Positions 48,860-52,433 of a stretch of DNA of 52,433 nt are shown here, piece after piece. The notes beneath the pieces are model-generated. The model was not told the DNA's origin and ran no database searches. It saw only the letters and a program-made list of their open reading frames with translations. This DNA comes from Escherichia virus TH23, in sequence record MT446397.1. The stretch is one strand, 5' to 3'. The position numbers were made by a program, and so were the translations under genes. Within the stretch, counting starts at the first letter, position 1. Each line of letters starts with the position of its first letter.

Positions 48860-49715
48860 CGAATTTTGTCACAATTAAACATGCGTCATTAATTACAGGT
48901 TTACTCCCACCTTGAATGTATTTGGCACATTAAGATTGGAGCAAGCAGGTACGGAAAACCGACCATGTACAGCATAATAAAACTAATTAAATAAAGGGTT
49001 TTATCCCAATATTGTCACAATATTTACATGCGATGATAAAGCCTTCGCTTGGCTGGAAGCCAGTATTCATGCGGGTTGCAAGAATATTGGGTCAATACTG
49101 ATACAGCTATTACATGTGAAATTGGCACAAATACTGTTACAAAATTAACATGCCGGATTGGTAGACAATTGTATCTTCGAGGTGATTAGTCCTCTAACAA
49201 TTCTGCCACATTCTAACATGCCAATTTGTAGCAATATTTACATGCCATACTGTGACGCAATTGTCACAATATTTGTTGCTCAAAATCGGGGCGGGCTACG
49301 GGATTAGTTTCGCGGCTTTGCTCCGACTCTTCTCTTCTTTCGAATTAAGATAGAAAGAAAGAAGCATGTCCAAAAGTTCCAGTCTTGCCAAAGTTATCTC
49401 CCGGCTTGTGGGTGGGCCTTTATAATAGGAGATGGAGCAATATTGTCGCAATTGAACATGCTTTAGTTGAAGAACAGTTTCGAATGATAATCCTACTTCA
49501 CACATGGTTGCTGGAACTTTGTCTGGCCAAAGACAGGGAGTTCAATGATTGCCACATCATTACAACGCTGTGTGTTTAGTTGACATGCTGAAATGTTTCT
49601 AGAATGATTTCAACATGACATGCGGAATACTTCTCCGTATTCTGTTACTTCACATCCAACTAATGTCGAATATTGAAACAATATTACATGCAGCAATATT
49701 GCTTGAATATTGGGA
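48860..49715. repeat. Cluster of at least nine degenerate copies of an AT-rich 20-mer (consensus TTGTCACAATATTTACATGC), mostly one orientation, one palindromic unit TGTGACgcaattGTCACA
   Basis: Copies near 48866, 49011, 49122, 49201, 49225, 49249-49280, 49441, 49550 and 49676; related copies near 199-270 and 435-470. Confidence 0.6.
49649..49665 (-). promoter_or_regulatory. Conserved intergenic motif copy (candidate phage promoter)
   Basis: Minus strand CATTAGTTGGATGTGAA, about 75 nt downstream of the RNA polymerase terminator. Confidence 0.35.
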
Positions 49716-49737
49716 ATTAAAGGATTTAATTAATAAA

Positions 49738-49774
49738 GAATAAAGAAAGGGCCATCACCTTTCGATGACAGCCC
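49738..49774 (-). terminator. Intrinsic terminator immediately downstream of the RNA polymerase gene
   Basis: Minus strand: stop codon, gaaaca, GGGCUGUCAUC-GAAA-GGUGAUGGCCC (about 11-bp stem, GNRA loop), then UUUCUUUAUUC. Confidence 0.55.
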
Positions 49775-49782
49775 TGTTTCTC

Positions 49783-51897
49783 TTATTGACAGAAGTAGTA
49801 AGCGTGTTCGCTCATCAGAAGCTCTTCGGTTACGATGTTCTCATGATACATCTGAATGCCACCAAGTTGCTTAGACAGATTCTCGAATTGATTGTTGGTT
49901 ACGAAGATTTCAACATATGCTGCACGAATAACTTCCATCATTTTAGGAGCATCAGCTAAGCAGCAACGGAAACAATCATGGATTGAAGTAAAGCCACGAA
50001 GACCAGCTTCTTTAGCTTTGACTGCAACAGTACGAGCAACCAATGCGTCAATACCTTGAATGTAGTTAACAACGAAGGTACGTTTGAATTCCTCTTTAGT
50101 TGGATTGGACTCACGAATGGTCCAAGGCTTATTCTCCTGAATCTGACCAAAGATGACACGAGTTTGAGAGTCAACACGAATGCTGAATGCATCACAAACA
50201 TCACGAGATGGGAAGCAAGGTTTCATTACAACTTGACCATCAGTGTGCTTATATGTGATGTACTCTTTGTTGAGTTCAACACAACGAGCAAATGCAGCAT
50301 CAGCAGCTTTCTCGATGAACATGTTAATCTTAGCACCCAATGCGTTATGGATTGCTTCAACACAAAGTTCAGCAAATGCTTCGGCTTTCTCCATAGGAAT
50401 CTGGAGAGCTTCTGTCATGTATGCGGTGAAATCAGAAGAACCAGTCAATGCAGCTTTACCACCACCATATTGGATAGCCATGTATGGAGTTTTGATAAAC
50501 TTACGACCAGCTTTCGGATTCAAGAATTCATCCATAATTTCAGCGGATGGTTTCATTGAAGAACGGTCAAGCAACTTCAACAGTTCACGAAGAGATAACT
50601 GGTATGGGTCAGATGCTTTAGTCTCAGAATCAACCAGACCTGTAGCACGAGCCATTTCCATGTTACCAGCAATGAATGCCAAGTATTGGGTACCAGAACA
50701 TTTAGCATCTAAGCCAAAGCCTACACGAGAATCACACTCACCTGTAGTCTCAAACTTGAACCAATCCAGAGCCAGACGAACATAAGTGAATGGCTTAGAA
50801 GGACGCTCACCTTTAGGCATGTTCAGCATACGAGCCAAAGAACCAGCAGGATTCTGTGCAACATAAGTTAAACGTTTTGCAGAAGTCCAGTCTCCACCAG
50901 CAATATCTTCCAGCTCAAGCATGAACATGTTGTATGCCAGAGTTGTTGAGCCATCATCATTAAACTTGCTCACAGTGTTCTCAACATTGTGGGAATACAG
51001 GCAACGAGCAAAGTCGGATGATTGTGGGTTAGGACCAGCACATGCTACATGATACAAACGACCACGGTTATCAGCAAAGTAGTCAGAGAACAGAGTGTCC
51101 TGCCCAACCATTGCTACAGCATTGTTCCAAACATGGAGTTCAGTCTGGATTGCTTCTGGCATCTGTAAGCCACCAAAGGTACGTTGTTCTAACATGGAAG
51201 AGATAACCTTAACCATTGTTGCATCAACGTGATATTCAGTATCTTGCAGGAATTCGATTGCAGCTTTCAGAGTCTTGGATGGCTTAACTTTGCCACCTTT
51301 AACGAAAGGCTTGCGACGAGATTCAGTTGTTACACGCTCAGTGAATGGAACTGAGGTATCTTTGGTTGTAACCAGCTCAACCCATGCATCAGTCATCTGG
51401 AACGATTTGTCCTCGTTCATGGTGATGAAACCGAAGTGCTTAGCTAAACCAATGAGGTTGATAGCTGGGTCAACATAGTGCATTGCTTTCAGGTCGTTGT
51501 TATAACGGTTGGCATCAGCAATAGAAGCAGAAGCCAGCTCGACCATTGCAATGGCTGGGACAACATCATCACGAGTGAATGACGTCATCATCTTGAAGAT
51601 TGCAAGAGCAGCAATAGCACAGGTCTGAGGCTGCATGTAATTCTGTTTCTCTTTGGCACGGTATACCAGAGCCGTGATAGCAGGGACAACGGATTTGATA
51701 GTTTGAGTTGAGATAGTTGTCATTTTGCGAGTCTCCAAGTTAGTTTCGGTTTTAGTTTCGGATTGTGTAGCAGCAGTGATTTCGTCAACCATTTGGTTGC
51801 AACGGTCCATCGTATCAAGCACGTCTTTCCAACCGTGGCCTTCTTCTTTTAAGCGAGCGCCATCAGCAGCCAGTGCGCGATATTCTTCGTTAGTCAT
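49783..51897 (-). CDS. Single-subunit T7-like DNA-dependent RNA polymerase (small, 704 aa)
   Basis: Motif A FGLDAKCSGTQYLAF (T7 FDGSCSGIQHF), motif B RKFIKTPYMAIQYGGG (T7 RSVTKRSVMTLAYGS), motif C FTSIHDCF...ADAPKM (T7 ALIHDSF...ADAANL); GGAG Shine-Dalgarno. Confidence 0.85.
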   Translation of the reverse strand: MTNEEYRALAADGARLKEEGHGWKDVLDTMDRCNQMVDEITAATQSETKTETNLETRKMTTISTQTIKSVVPAITALVYRAKEKQNYMQPQTCAIAALAIFKMMTSFTRDDVVPAIAMVELASASIADANRYNNDLKAMHYVDPAINLIGLAKHFGFITMNEDKSFQMTDAWVELVTTKDTSVPFTERVTTESRRKPFVKGGKVKPSKTLKAAIEFLQDTEYHVDATMVKVISSMLEQRTFGGLQMPEAIQTELHVWNNAVAMVGQDTLFSDYFADNRGRLYHVACAGPNPQSSDFARCLYSHNVENTVSKFNDDGSTTLAYNMFMLELEDIAGGDWTSAKRLTYVAQNPAGSLARMLNMPKGERPSKPFTYVRLALDWFKFETTGECDSRVGFGLDAKCSGTQYLAFIAGNMEMARATGLVDSETKASDPYQLSLRELLKLLDRSSMKPSAEIMDEFLNPKAGRKFIKTPYMAIQYGGGKAALTGSSDFTAYMTEALQIPMEKAEAFAELCVEAIHNALGAKINMFIEKAADAAFARCVELNKEYITYKHTDGQVVMKPCFPSRDVCDAFSIRVDSQTRVIFGQIQENKPWTIRESNPTKEEFKRTFVVNYIQGIDALVARTVAVKAKEAGLRGFTSIHDCFRCCLADAPKMMEVIRAAYVEIFVTNNQFENLSKQLGGIQMYHENIVTEELLMSEHAYYFCQ

Positions 51898-51959
51898 GAT
51901 AAGTCTCCAATTGATTATGATTTAACTGAAACGGATTAGACTTGCGTAGCCTATTCATA

Positions 51960-51977
51960 ATCACAACCAACTAATGG
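51960..51977 (-). promoter_or_regulatory. Conserved intergenic motif copy (candidate promoter), upstream of the RNA polymerase gene
   Basis: Minus strand CCATTAGTTGGTTGTGAT, about 70 nt upstream of the polymerase ATG. Confidence 0.3.
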
Positions 51978-51999
51978 TAAGGCTAGCTCGTTACAACAG

Positions 52000-52433
52000 C
52001 GTGCTCTGATTGCCTTTGACCTTGACCCACTACCTAACTTGGTGTTGATTGAAAGCCGATAGGCTATAGGAAAAAGTTGGGGTAGGGACCGTATTTAAGT
52101 CCGATAGGACGTTGGGCTTCCCCTCCTCGGAGATAAAATTTTAAAAATAATAATGACACAACTTCCCCCCCCCCGCCACCTCAAAAATAAAATAATATCG
52201 CCACAATTCTAGTCTCATTAATATTGAAACAATTCGAGTCTCATTAATTCCGTAGCAATATTTAAATTAAAAAAAAAATTATATAAAATTTTTATAACAT
52301 AGTCGGGCTTCTGTTCGAACAAATTTCGGCTAGATACAGCTGACCGATTGTGAACGAGTCTATGTCCAGATACAGTTGACCGATCATTTACCATTTGGTT
52401 TGAACTTTACGCATTCCTAATATTACTTTAAAT
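52000..52433. repeat. Direct terminal repeat, right copy
   Basis: Matches 1..433 with one extra C in the poly-C run. Confidence 0.85.

Noticed and set aside
48860-49715. CRISPR array
   Set aside because: Repeat units are degenerate, spacing is irregular (36 to 180 nt) and there are no cas genes.
49783-51897. The 704-aa ORF as the missing ribonucleotide reductase alpha subunit, given that nrdB is its neighbour across the genome end
   Set aside because: It has clear T7-type RNA polymerase motifs A, B and C and none of the NrdA hallmarks (no NLC-E active-site loop, no YY pair, no C-x4-C tail).
26833-51977. Reading the conserved ACATTAGTTGGATGTGA motif as a host sigma70 promoter
   Set aside because: No acceptable -35/-10 pair at 16-18 nt spacing can be placed consistently across the copies.
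1-52433. Integrated prophage with att sites, or a plasmid
   Set aside because: No integrase, repressor or partition genes; the flanking repeat is far longer than a typical att core and the gene content is that of a lytic phage.

Overview
This window looks like a complete, or nearly complete, tailed-phage genome of about 52 kb, bounded by a direct terminal repeat (1..433 matches 52000..52433, differing by one C in a poly-C tract). Every convincing gene is on the minus strand, so the biological order runs from high to low coordinates. That order is: a small T7-like single-subunit RNA polymerase (704 aa) with its own intrinsic terminator; an AT-rich 20-mer repeat cluster; about 25 small early genes (including an ArdA-like acidic protein, an M15 peptidase and a protein ending in the host SSB tail DFDDDIPF); three ORF-poor islands (36.7-37.5, 38.2-39.1, 40.9-41.7 kb) carrying a non-canonical tRNA-like element, an overlapped spanin-like pair and a small ORF with an NrdA-like C-terminal redox tail; a replication and nucleotide module (ThyX-like, primase-helicase, family A DNA polymerase, FEN exonuclease, HNH, ligase-like, kinase-like, dUTPase); terminase, portal and capsid; a contractile tail with a P2-like V-W-J-I baseplate and three fibre proteins; a lambda S-like holin with a SleB-like hydrolase; and finally an nrdB almost identical to E. 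coli nrdB, with no nrdA anywhere. I did not find one unambiguous novel system. The strongest candidates are the SSB-tail protein, the orphan NrdA-tail ORF beside the tRNA-like element, and the nuclease-like segment inside the tape-measure protein. All protein calls rest on motifs read by eye and compared from memory; no database search, tRNA scan or RNA folding was run.
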